Shown: positions 41,923 through 50,185 of the stretch, piece by piece
Position numbering within the stretch: the stretch's first letter is position 1
How the letters are laid out: each line of letters starts with the position of its first letter
Source: Phycisphaerales bacterium
GTDB taxonomy: Bacteria; Planctomycetota; Phycisphaerae; Phycisphaerales; SM1A02
Length of the DNA stretch: 64,000 bases
Assembly: GCA_044220875.1 (NCBI GenBank)
Contig: JBGAQH010000007.1
Span: forward strand, 31,673 to 95,672
Reading direction: 5' to 3'
Notes under the pieces: model-generated
The model's database searches: none
Told to the model about the DNA's origin: nothing
What the model saw: only the letters and a program-made list of their open reading frames with translations
Program-made: the position numbers and the translations under genes

Positions 41923-43665
41923 ATGCCGGGCGAAGCAAAGGATGCCGTGCGACGAGAAGTCGTCTCTGCGCTGAACACTGTTGCCCGGCGCCATGGGCTT
42001 GAAGTCGCCGAGAGTGGCAAGACGGCCCGGATGCGCGAGCTCGACGCTGCCGCGGGCTATTGGGCGGAGCCCACCACGGTGACTGCCAAGCCGCCTCGGT
42101 GGATCATCCAGTTGGCTGCTCATAGAGGTGACTGGATCGCCAGTGTGCCGAACTTGCCCGGGTCACGGCGCACCGCCTACTTCAACACTGCGAATCGGTA
42201 CGTCGGCGTCGGCTGCTTTCGCATAGCCCTCGCGGTGAAGTGGGACGACGTTCCAAGCTTCGCGTTTCCGTCCGATTGGGATTGGCTTCTATGGTTCGCG
42301 TTTAGTCCCGCACTGCGGAACGGTAGCAGTGGTCAGTTGTTGGATGACTTCGATCCATCGACCGGCATTCTCACCTATATGGGGCAACGCCAGCCGTATG
42401 TAGCAGCGGGGCTCGTCTGCCTTTCCCCGCCCACCGAGGAGTTTGCAATTGCTGGTCGCACCCTCACATACGGGCAGGCCACCGAGGCAATTCAGGGCCT
42501 CATTCATGTGGCTCCTCAAGTGTCGGTCGGTGGCGCTGCTCCGGCCGTGATGCCCATGGCTTCGATCGATGTCTTCGATGCGACCAACACCGCCTCTCGG
42601 CTTCTCTTGACGGAGAAGCTGGACGCTGCGTTCCGCGACGCGAAGACTTCCACGGCGGACGCGGAGGGCGACGGACTCGGAGGCGGAGCTCGCATTCCCG
42701 AGTTTCCGGGGCTCATCGGGTTGCCGCCATCTATCTCTCGGCAGATCGAGGCAGCGCTCAACTCGGGCAAGCGGCATCTGATGCTCTACGGCCCGCCCGG
42801 CACGGGCAAGACCACGCTCGCGCAACTTGTCGCTGGGTGCCTCGCAGATCAGTGGAAGTTGATCACCGCCTCCGCGGACTGGACTTCCCAAGACATCATC
42901 GGAGGCTACATGCCTCTGGAGGGAGGGAGGCTCAGGTTCTTGCCCGGAATTCTCCTTTCGAACTTCGACAGGCCGCTCATCATTGACGAGCTGAATCGCT
43001 GCGACATCGACAAGGTGATCGGGCCGCTGTTCACCGTGCTCAGTGGACACCCGACGACCCTTCCCTACCTAACCGAGCCCGGGAACCCGGAGTCGCCGAG
43101 ATACACGATTCTGCCGGAATCCAAGCCGGATCGCTCGCCTCACGAGTTCGCGCCGTCGCGCGACTGGCGGCTGATCGCGACGATCAACACTGTTGACAAG
43201 TCGTCGCTGTACCAGATGTCGTACGCCCTCTCCCGTCGGTTCGCATGGATCTTCGTGGATGTGCCAGCTTCCACATCCGGCTTCCTACTGGAGTGGCTGA
43301 GGTCAAAGGGCATGATCCCGGCGGATGGTGACTTGCCCACCTCAATCCCACTCGGGCAAGTCTGGGCCGCAGTCAACGCGATTCGGCCGCTTGGCCCCGC
43401 TCCCGCGATCGATTCAGTCATGTACATGAGGTCGGCAGCAGGAGACGAGACCGTGGATCAGTTGGCGCCGATCACCGGTGCCGAAGACGCTCGCGTGGAG
43501 ATGATCGTAGATGCTCTGGTTGTGTTCTTCCTTCCTCTCCTCGACGGCATTAGTCGGCAGGAAGGGGAGACGCTTGTGAGCGACGTTCGGGCCGCGCTTT
43601 CGCTCGCCCCTGAGCATGCGCTCGCGGATCGTCTTCGGCGATCCGTGCTCGCGATTTGCATATGA
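41923..43665 (+). CDS. McrB-like AAA+ (GTPase-type) protein with unknown N-terminal domain
   Basis: Walker A LMLYGPPGTGKT. McrB-type Walker B LIIDELNRCDIDKVIGPLFTVL. Also ATINTVDKS…ALSRRFAWIFV. The N-terminal ~270 aa are unassigned. GGAGAG Shine-Dalgarno sequence. Confidence 0.75.
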   Translation: MPGEAKDAVRREVVSALNTVARRHGLEVAESGKTARMRELDAAAGYWAEPTTVTAKPPRWIIQLAAHRGDWIASVPNLPGSRRTAYFNTANRYVGVGCFRIALAVKWDDVPSFAFPSDWDWLLWFAFSPALRNGSSGQLLDDFDPSTGILTYMGQRQPYVAAGLVCLSPPTEEFAIAGRTLTYGQATEAIQGLIHVAPQVSVGGAAPAVMPMASIDVFDATNTASRLLLTEKLDAAFRDAKTSTADAEGDGLGGGARIPEFPGLIGLPPSISRQIEAALNSGKRHLMLYGPPGTGKTTLAQLVAGCLADQWKLITASADWTSQDIIGGYMPLEGGRLRFLPGILLSNFDRPLIIDELNRCDIDKVIGPLFTVLSGHPTTLPYLTEPGNPESPRYTILPESKPDRSPHEFAPSRDWRLIATINTVDKSSLYQMSYALSRRFAWIFVDVPASTSGFLLEWLRSKGMIPADGDLPTSIPLGQVWAAVNAIRPLGPAPAIDSVMYMRSAAGDETVDQLAPITGAEDARVEMIVDALVVFFLPLLDGISRQEGETLVSDVRAALSLAPEHALADRLRRSVLAICI

Positions 43666-44912
43666 GCGACCTCTCGCCAATCATTGATGGGGCGATCATT
43701 CGCGTGCTTCTCCGGTACTTCAGAAGAGGCTCGCGAGTCGTCCTGCCACCTGGAGTCCGGACCGCGCGAGAGGACGCGGGACTGGTGATGATGCACTGGG
43801 CGATGTCGGCCGAGGTAGAACGGCTGGCGACGCGTCTTGCAATGAGTCCACACGAGGCCGATCTGGTGCTCGCTCAAGAGCGATCCGAATCTGATGGAAT
43901 CGCGCGAGGACGAATCGACGCGCGCAGCACGCTGTTAGTCCAGTTGCGGAGCGGTGATCATGGCCGCACAGTGTCCTTCGCGCCATCTAGGCATGCCGAT
44001 CATGGCGCCAACCGATTGATCGTCTGGGTCTTGAAGCGAGCGTCACAGTTGCTCGATCAAATCGAGGGGTTGATGGAGGACGGTAGCCCTTATCTCGAGC
44101 GGTGTACTGCCATTCGCTCGTCGGTCGCGAGAGCATCGCGGTTCTCGCGGGTGTCCGAACTCTTTCGGACGCTCCGTCTCTCCGACCGGCCTTGTGCGGG
44201 TGACGTGCGGCATGCAGCTACGCATCGAAAAGGCACCTACCGGCTCGGCGCCGCAGCATACTTGCGGCTAACCGCGATCGAGCGGGGAGACGAGTCCGCA
44301 GTAGCTGCGACGCTCCACGATTCTGTCATCGCGCCACTGGAGCCCTGGCGACGATTCGAGCTTCTCACCGCCTTGGCAGTGGCGGAGGAACTCTCGCGCG
44401 CCAGTACCGAGCCTCTGACACTGGAGATCCTGGGTTCCGGCGGTGCTTTAAGGCCGCTCGCCCGCTGTCGACCATATGAGGTCTTCTGGCAAGCTCGCAC
44501 CTCGTACTACACCGAACCTGGGCCGGAGCCGTCTGAACAAATCGCGGCGGGCATCTGTGAGGACTTCGGAATCTCTTGTGGAGCAGACCGACCGGATGTC
44601 GTGGTGGTCGACGCAGTGGCCAGGCGCGTAGTGGCGATCGCGGAGGCCAAGTTCATCGGCGGAACGGCGGGCTACGAGTCTGGCCCGTTTACGGACGCCG
44701 TGCTCCAACTTGTTAGGTATGCGCGAGGCTACGATCCGGGCGTTCTTGCACGGTCAGTGATCGCGATGTCGAGGCTCCCTGCGCAGGTCTGCGTCGGAAG
44801 TCCAAGTGGTCGGTCACCGTTCGCGATCGATCTCGCCGGGTTGCTCAGTGGCGAGCTGGCTAGATGGAATCCGTCGGTTCGTTCCCTCATCGACCTCCCC
44901 GATGCAACGTGA
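43656..44912 (+). CDS. McrC-like PD-(D/E)xK nuclease partner
   Basis: 10-nt overlap with the McrB-like gene. C-terminal DRPDVVVVDAVARRVVAIAEAKF fits the PD…ExK pattern. Confidence 0.6.
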   Translation: MHMSDLSPIIDGAIIRVLLRYFRRGSRVVLPPGVRTAREDAGLVMMHWAMSAEVERLATRLAMSPHEADLVLAQERSESDGIARGRIDARSTLLVQLRSGDHGRTVSFAPSRHADHGANRLIVWVLKRASQLLDQIEGLMEDGSPYLERCTAIRSSVARASRFSRVSELFRTLRLSDRPCAGDVRHAATHRKGTYRLGAAAYLRLTAIERGDESAVAATLHDSVIAPLEPWRRFELLTALAVAEELSRASTEPLTLEILGSGGALRPLARCRPYEVFWQARTSYYTEPGPEPSEQIAAGICEDFGISCGADRPDVVVVDAVARRVVAIAEAKFIGGTAGYESGPFTDAVLQLVRYARGYDPGVLARSVIAMSRLPAQVCVGSPSGRSPFAIDLAGLLSGELARWNPSVRSLIDLPDAT

Positions 44913-45056
44913 TGCCATGTAGTGGAGGCGCAGCGTTGCCGACCCAGTGAGGCCGGAGCATCGCCGCGGCCAGGGGCACATCCTCACGAGTGGTATGCGG
45001 CACCCCCGCGAGATCGCCCCGGGCGTGCCGCCTCCGACCATGTCCGCAACGCCGTC

Positions 45057-46289
45057 TCAGCGTGCTATCGCTAAGTCTGAATCACGAGGCGCTGACTTCC
45101 GCGACGCAGAACCGCGCTTACCCGACTCGCCTGTGCCCAGACGAGCTGGCTCGGCTCCGTCCACCAACGAGCACGGCGCGGAGATCTGGTACGAGCCCTG
45201 AGCGGGCGTTGATGGCCGTGGCTCTCGCAGGAACCTCGACTGCCCGCCCTTCAGGAAGTTCGCGTCAAGCTCACAGCAAATCCACTTGCGGTTCAACCTG
45301 TCGCAGACCTCACCAGTGACGCACGATCCTGCAAACGGATCGAGCACCACATCGCCTTCATCCGTGAGCATTCTCACGAAGTACTCGGGGAGGAGCGAAG
45401 GGAATCGTGCCGGGTGGATCGGGAGCTCGTGCTCCCGGCAATATGCCTGATAGTGGCTATTCGATTCCGTGTTTGCGATGGCGAGTAGGTTTGGCGGAAC
45501 CGAACCGCCGTTGTGGCGCTGGAACTTTGTAGAGATGTCGTGTCCCGACGGTCGCAGCGCGGCCTTGTATCCGTTCTTTAGAAGATGTTCCATCGCTGGC
45601 GAGTAGGGTGCGAGCACTCGGCGGTTGTCAGCCTTCGGCCACGGACTCGGCGACAGCCACCAGACGCAATTGACCGCGTCCTTCACGCGAATTCTTCGGA
45701 TGTTCACCCACTCTGCAGGCGTTGGAAGTTTCGATGGACTCCACCAGTAGTGCTCCTGACAGAGATGGAATCCAAACTCTCTGCATAGGCTGATGAGCAA
45801 CTCGAAGTGGTAGAGCGACCGCGTCGGGGTGCCGGGCTTCCACGCACCGCCGATGTCGATCACGAGGCTCCCTTGCTCCTTGAGCACGCGGTGGAATCCC
45901 GCCGCGAATGGCCTGAACCAGTCGACGTACTGGTCTGCGTCCTCGTTGCCGTATGACTTCTTCCGCACCAGTCCGAAGGGCGGTGATGTGACGATCAGGT
46001 CTACCGAGCGCGGAGCGAGCGTCTTCAGGAGCAGACCACGCGAGTCGCCGTGGTAGATCGTGCCGCGACGAACTCGCGCAAAGACCTTCGGCTCGTCAAC
46101 CTCGCAGGCTCCGGGCGCCCGCGTCGCAGCGTGTTCCGCCAGGTGGCGCCGGTGGAGGGACCGAACATACTCGCTGATGGTCGGAAACCCTGCCTCCTCG
46201 GCGGCCTTCTGCATCGCGGCGTGTTCGGGTTCTGTCAGGCGGACGTTCGCGGTCGCTGACCGGGGAGTGGCTGCTCTGGGCCTAGGCAT
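45057..46289 (-). CDS. DNA methyltransferase (SPPF motif, N4-cytosine-like) with N-terminal ribbon-helix-helix domain
   Basis: N-terminus RLTEPEHAAMQKAAEEAGFPTISEYVRSL (RHH-like). Motif IV DLIVTSPPFGL. Motif I VVLDPFAGSCVTGEV. Confidence 0.8.
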   Translation of the reverse strand: MPRPRAATPRSATANVRLTEPEHAAMQKAAEEAGFPTISEYVRSLHRRHLAEHAATRAPGACEVDEPKVFARVRRGTIYHGDSRGLLLKTLAPRSVDLIVTSPPFGLVRKKSYGNEDADQYVDWFRPFAAGFHRVLKEQGSLVIDIGGAWKPGTPTRSLYHFELLISLCREFGFHLCQEHYWWSPSKLPTPAEWVNIRRIRVKDAVNCVWWLSPSPWPKADNRRVLAPYSPAMEHLLKNGYKAALRPSGHDISTKFQRHNGGSVPPNLLAIANTESNSHYQAYCREHELPIHPARFPSLLPEYFVRMLTDEGDVVLDPFAGSCVTGEVCDRLNRKWICCELDANFLKGGQSRFLREPRPSTPAQGSYQISAPCSLVDGAEPARLGTGESGKRGSASRKSAPRDSDLAIAR

Positions 46290-46332
46290 GAAGGGGTCCG
46301 TAGAAGATGGCGGAAGATATCGGGCATGGTAA

Positions 46333-46806
46333 CTAGTGGGTTCTTGTGTGACAAGAACGCTCCGACGGAATATCGCGTCGAAGCCGCGCCCACTTGAGTC
46401 GCTGCCCCGCCCAGCGTCTCTCTTGCACCACCTGTCGTAGGTCGCGCTCGCTCAACTGGCCGCGGCCGCATGGCAGGCCGGGGAGCAGGAGGATCTCCTC
46501 CTGAATGTCTGGCGCGAGGTGCAGCAGGTTCATGATCTGTGTCATCCGTGGCTGGGTCACGCGAGCGAGCTTGGCGAGCTCCGACTGGTTCGCGACGACG
46601 CCTTCCCGAAGCAACTCATCGAATCGGATCGCCAACGCCATCAGCCGAGCAACGCGCGGGACGCGGCCGTCGTTGGCGTCCGCGACGACTCTTGAACTGC
46701 CGGATGGCTCGGGCGGGTATGAGCCCGGGCCGGCGGCCGTGGCCACGACGGCCCGCTTGCGGCGGTCCCTCGTCGTGAACCGGATCGATCGGGTGACGGT
46801 CGTCAT
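46333..46806 (-). CDS. HTH protein of the recombinase module
   Basis: …NQSELAKLARVTQPRMTQIMNLLHLAPDIQEEIL… 4-nt overlap with the recombinase stop. Confidence 0.6.
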   Translation of the reverse strand: MTTVTRSIRFTTRDRRKRAVVATAAGPGSYPPEPSGSSRVVADANDGRVPRVARLMALAIRFDELLREGVVANQSELAKLARVTQPRMTQIMNLLHLAPDIQEEILLLPGLPCGRGQLSERDLRQVVQERRWAGQRLKWARLRRDIPSERSCHTRTH

Positions 46807-48386
46807 GCGGCTTCCTCCAGTCGTAGTGCGATCAACGCTCCGATGCTCGTCGGGCGGAACGTCACGGCCACGGTCCCGGCGGTCGCGTCGTACTCGACGG
46901 TCGAAATGAGAAGGCGAAGCAGTCGTGCCTGCTCGCGTGGGATCAGGTTCTGCCAGAGCGCGTCGAAGTCGGCGAACGCGACTTCGGCCTCAGCCCGAGT
47001 GATCGTGTCTCGCCCGATGTCGGCGAGTCGGGCCTCGACTTGGGGCAGGCGGCGCTCGGCGTCCGCGACTCGCTCATGGAGGTTGGCGATAGCGGCCGCC
47101 GTGGCTGCGGTGGGTGGGGCAGTGATCTGCGCCCGCAGTTCTCGGTGATGCTGCGCGACGGCAGATCGGAGCGAGACATGTTCAGCGGTCAGCGCCTTTC
47201 GGTCTGCCTCAAGCGTGGCTTGCGTCTCCGCGAGAATCTGCGCGACCAAGGTCCGGTCGCGGGCGAGCGCTCGCACCTCGTCGACGACCAGTCGCTCGAT
47301 CTCGGCCGCGGGAACGGTGCCCGATGGGCAGACGTCGGCTCCGCTCTTGATCGCCTTCACGCACCGGTAGTAGCGGTACGAGCGGCTCTTCCGTCCGCCC
47401 GCGAACGTGTGCGTCATCGAGTGATCGCAGCACTTGCACCGGAGCAGGCCGCGAAGGAGGGCGCCGTACTTGTTGCGGACCTCGGCACCGCCGGTGCGGC
47501 CGTTGGTCTTGAGGAGGGCCTGGACTCGCTCGAATATCTCACGGTCGATGATCGCGGCGTGCTCGCCGTCGTAGATCGCGTCTCGATGGACGATCTTCCC
47601 GATGTAGATCGGATTGGTCAGCGTCTGGTGGAGCGAGCTCTTGTCGAAGGCCTTCCCGCCGAGAGCCTTGCCCTTCTTCGTGACGCGGCTCTTGTTGGAC
47701 CATTGCCGCCGCGCGAGCTCGCTCACGACTGGCAGGAGCGAGCCCTTCTCGAGGTAGAGCGAGAAGATCTGTCGGACACGTGCCGCCTCGGCTTCGTTGA
47801 TGACCAGATGCGGGCTCGGTCCCGACCGGTCGACGTCGTAGCCCAAGACGGGGACGCCACCAGCCCACTTCCCCTTGCGCTTCTGCGCCGCGATCTTGTC
47901 GCGGATGCGCTCGCCGATGATCTCGCGCTCGAACTGGGCGAAGGAGAGCAGGATGTTCAGCGTGAGCCGTCCCATCGAGCTCGTCGTGTTGAACTGCTGG
48001 GTGACCGAGACGAACGACACGCCCTTGCGGTCGAACGCCTCCATAATCCGGGCGAAGTCCATGAGCGAGCGGCTGAGGCGGTCGACCTTGTAGACGACGA
48101 CGCAGTCGACCTTGCCCGTCTCGATGTCGCGGAGCAGACGGTCGAGCGCCGGCCGCTCCATGCTTCCGCCGGAGAACCCGCCGTCGTCGTAGCGATCGGC
48201 GACGCAGGTCCACCCCTCGGCCTTCTGGCTGGCGATGAACGCCTCGGCGCTCTCTCGCTGAGCATCCAGCGAGTTGAACTCTTGATCGAGGCCCTCGTCG
48301 CTCGACTTGCGGGTGTAGATGGCGCAGCGGATCGATCGCTTCACGTCGACCGCCACCGGCGAACCGGTTCGTCGGCGCCCGCTCAT
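46803..48386 (-). CDS. large serine recombinase
   Basis: IRCAIYTRKSSDEGLDQEFNSLDAQRE carries the catalytic Ser motif. Resolvase core …VVVYKVDRLSRS… and zinc-ribbon region CKCCDHSM…YYRC. The ATG at 48386 overlaps the DUF2924 stop (ATGA). Confidence 0.85.
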   Translation of the reverse strand: MSGRRRTGSPVAVDVKRSIRCAIYTRKSSDEGLDQEFNSLDAQRESAEAFIASQKAEGWTCVADRYDDGGFSGGSMERPALDRLLRDIETGKVDCVVVYKVDRLSRSLMDFARIMEAFDRKGVSFVSVTQQFNTTSSMGRLTLNILLSFAQFEREIIGERIRDKIAAQKRKGKWAGGVPVLGYDVDRSGPSPHLVINEAEAARVRQIFSLYLEKGSLLPVVSELARRQWSNKSRVTKKGKALGGKAFDKSSLHQTLTNPIYIGKIVHRDAIYDGEHAAIIDREIFERVQALLKTNGRTGGAEVRNKYGALLRGLLRCKCCDHSMTHTFAGGRKSRSYRYYRCVKAIKSGADVCPSGTVPAAEIERLVVDEVRALARDRTLVAQILAETQATLEADRKALTAEHVSLRSAVAQHHRELRAQITAPPTAATAAAIANLHERVADAERRLPQVEARLADIGRDTITRAEAEVAFADFDALWQNLIPREQARLLRLLISTVEYDATAGTVAVTFRPTSIGALIALRLEEAA

Positions 48387-48889
48387 CGCTCGCCCTCGAG
48401 GCGGAAGAACCGGAACCCGTTCAGGTGGCTCCCGGTCACCTTCTTGGCGACGGCGGTGAGCGTGCGGAAGCGTTCGCCGTTCCATTCGAAGCCCTCGTCC
48501 TTGGGCAGGACCAGCACGCGAATCGTGCGGCCCTTGTACTCGCGGACGATTGCAGAGCCCGCGGGCGGCAGGCGTCGATCATCGTGGTCGTCGCCGTGGA
48601 CGCGGCGGCGAACGGTCTTCGCGGTGCCCGACTGCGGCGGGCTGACCAGCGTCTTCGGGGCCATGACCCGCACCTCGGCGTCGTCGGCCAGTTCGGCGGC
48701 CCGACGTCGTGCCCGTTCGCTGAGGTCGCCCTCGGCGTTGGCCTGAATGCGCCAAGCGATCTTCCGGATGAGGTACTGCCGGTGGCGGGTGCGGCATGGG
48801 TAGCCGTGGACCTCGGCGAAGCGCTCGACGAGCTCCGTCGTGGTCATGCGCTCGAGCGCGTTGATCTGGTCTTCGATGGACTCCGGCAT
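48383..48889 (-). CDS. DUF2924-family protein
   Basis: …TTELVERFAEVHGYPCRTRHRQYLIRKIAWRIQA… and …EYKGRTIRVLVLPKDEGFEWNGERFRTLTAVAKKVTGSHLNGFRFF…. Confidence 0.7.
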   Translation of the reverse strand: MPESIEDQINALERMTTTELVERFAEVHGYPCRTRHRQYLIRKIAWRIQANAEGDLSERARRRAAELADDAEVRVMAPKTLVSPPQSGTAKTVRRRVHGDDHDDRRLPPAGSAIVREYKGRTIRVLVLPKDEGFEWNGERFRTLTAVAKKVTGSHLNGFRFFRLEGER

Positions 48890-48927
48890 TCGTGGCTCCT
48901 GTGAATGGGTCTCCGTTGCAGGCGGCC

Positions 48928-49131
48928 CTAACCACCGGGCCGTGGAGCCACACTGAGCCTCGGATCGCCGGGAAGATCAAGGCATGTCGGGGCGAGATCC
49001 GGCCGGATTCGGGCGCTCGCGCGAGCTGCGGTGACGGCGCGGGAAAGCCCGCGAGCAAGGATGTTCGCAACCTCGTCGCGGCGCTCGGCTTCCGTCATGC
49101 TCTCGGGATCACGGGTGCTGTCGATCGGCAT
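48928..49131 (-). CDS. small hypothetical protein upstream of the recombinase module
   Basis: ATG preceded by GGAGCCCC. The first 12 codons (MPIDSTRDPES…) are duplicated in degenerate form at about 50050. Confidence 0.4.
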   Translation of the reverse strand: MPIDSTRDPESMTEAERRDEVANILARGLSRAVTAARASARIRPDLAPTCLDLPGDPRLSVAPRPGG

Positions 49132-49205
49132 GGGGCTCCGTGCGGCCCGGCCATAACCGGGATGCCGCTACGGGGGAGCTATGCCGTCGGTGACTCGAGT
49201 GCGCG
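49096..49205. repeat. ~110-nt segment duplicated at 50015-50122
   Basis: Manual alignment shows a long colinear match with scattered substitutions and 1-2 nt indels. It includes ggggctccgtgcggcccgg, gagctatgccgt and gtgcgcg. Confidence 0.75.
49178..49205 (-). promoter_or_regulatory. promoter-like bipartite motif copy ii (CGCGCA-N16-CATAGC)
   Basis: Upstream of the small ORF/DUF2924/recombinase operon. Followed by a nested hairpin (GCTCC…GCGGC…CCGG-ttatgg-CCGG-GCCGC…GGAGC) that can pair with the GGAG Shine-Dalgarno sequence. Confidence 0.5.
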
Positions 49206-49284
49206 ATGCAACAGCCAGTCCGATCGGTTCAGATAGAATGCGATCGGTGTTGGTTGTACAGTCTCCCGTTCGGAGTGAGTTCCA

Positions 49285-49917
49285 TTGGAGCAAGCCAAGA
49301 TTGACGCATTCCGAGCGGCCGCGTCGGATCCGGAGGCGTGGCGTCAGAAGGCGCGCCTCGTTCGTCGCTCTGCCGACGCACTTTGGGATTCCTACACCGA
49401 GCTGTTCGCGACGATTGAGCCCGGAGATCGGGATCGCGCGCTCGCGATTCTTGACAGCTGGCTTGAGCGATTGAACACCGCCCAGTTCCTTTATGGGCTT
49501 GCGGTCGAGACGGCGCTCAAGGCGAGGCTCATCGCACTCGATGCCGCGAACATCAGCTTCGCTGAAGTCAAGGATGGGCGCGGTCAAGTGATCGATCTGC
49601 GCATCAGCAAGATCGGCGTCGACCTCGGGGCGGACGGCCATGACCTACGTCGACTGGCGGCGGCGGCAGGGGTCGGGCCTGGTTGCCCCAGTTGTGTGTT
49701 CGCGATCGAGAGCGATAGAACCGCGATCACCGAGATCCTCGCGTATCTGACCGACTGCGTCCGATGGAGCGGTCGATACCCAGCACCGAAGCGAATGACC
49801 GAGGGGTACAAGCCGAGCAATCCCATTCCCGCCCGGGTGCTCGGTCACTACATGCGTGAGTGGTTGGACCCATTCCTCGACGGACTCCTCGCGGCCGCGG
49901 ACCAAGACAACGACTGA
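49285..49917 (+). CDS. hypothetical protein (possible HEPN-like helical protein, unconfirmed)
   Basis: 210 aa, predicted helical. GADGHDLRRL and RWSGRYP segments. No firm motif. Confidence 0.5.
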   Translation: MEQAKIDAFRAAASDPEAWRQKARLVRRSADALWDSYTELFATIEPGDRDRALAILDSWLERLNTAQFLYGLAVETALKARLIALDAANISFAEVKDGRGQVIDLRISKIGVDLGADGHDLRRLAAAAGVGPGCPSCVFAIESDRTAITEILAYLTDCVRWSGRYPAPKRMTEGYKPSNPIPARVLGHYMREWLDPFLDGLLAAADQDND

Positions 49918-50014
49918 GGTCTGCCCTCGAAGGCCGTCTGGATCGCTATCGCGTCCGAATCTCCTCGTGTGGTCGCGCTAACGCGGTGTCCAGAGTGCGT
50001 CTTTCCAGATGGAG

Positions 50015-50122
50015 CCTGCTCTCCGGATCATGGGTTCTGTCTATCGGCACGGGGCTCCGTGCGGCCCGGAAATATCCGGATTGCCGCCACGGGAGCTATG
50101 CCGTTCAGGATGCAAGTGCGCG
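50015..50122. repeat. degenerate copy of 49096-49205 (promoter-like motif copy iii plus truncated small-ORF 5' end)
   Basis: Contains CGCGCA-N16-CATAGC (50095-50122), the same hairpin arms, and a GTG-started 33-codon remnant (VPIDRTHDPES…). Confidence 0.7.
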
Positions 50123-50185
50123 CGAACGGAGCAGATGGGTCACGGCTATGCGAGCAGTTCGCGGAGCCATGGGGGGCAGGCCTGT

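Larger units (their letters stand above)
9787..48889 (-). mobile_element. prophage (siphovirus-like, lambda-like head module, large serine recombinase); boundaries not defined
   Basis: Contiguous, mostly minus-strand set of terminase, portal, protease-capsid, tail, tape measure protein, replication, sigma, ParB-MTase and recombinase genes. No att repeats identified. Flanking cargo (7096-9765 and 49.2-51.8 kb) may belong to the element. Confidence 0.7.
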
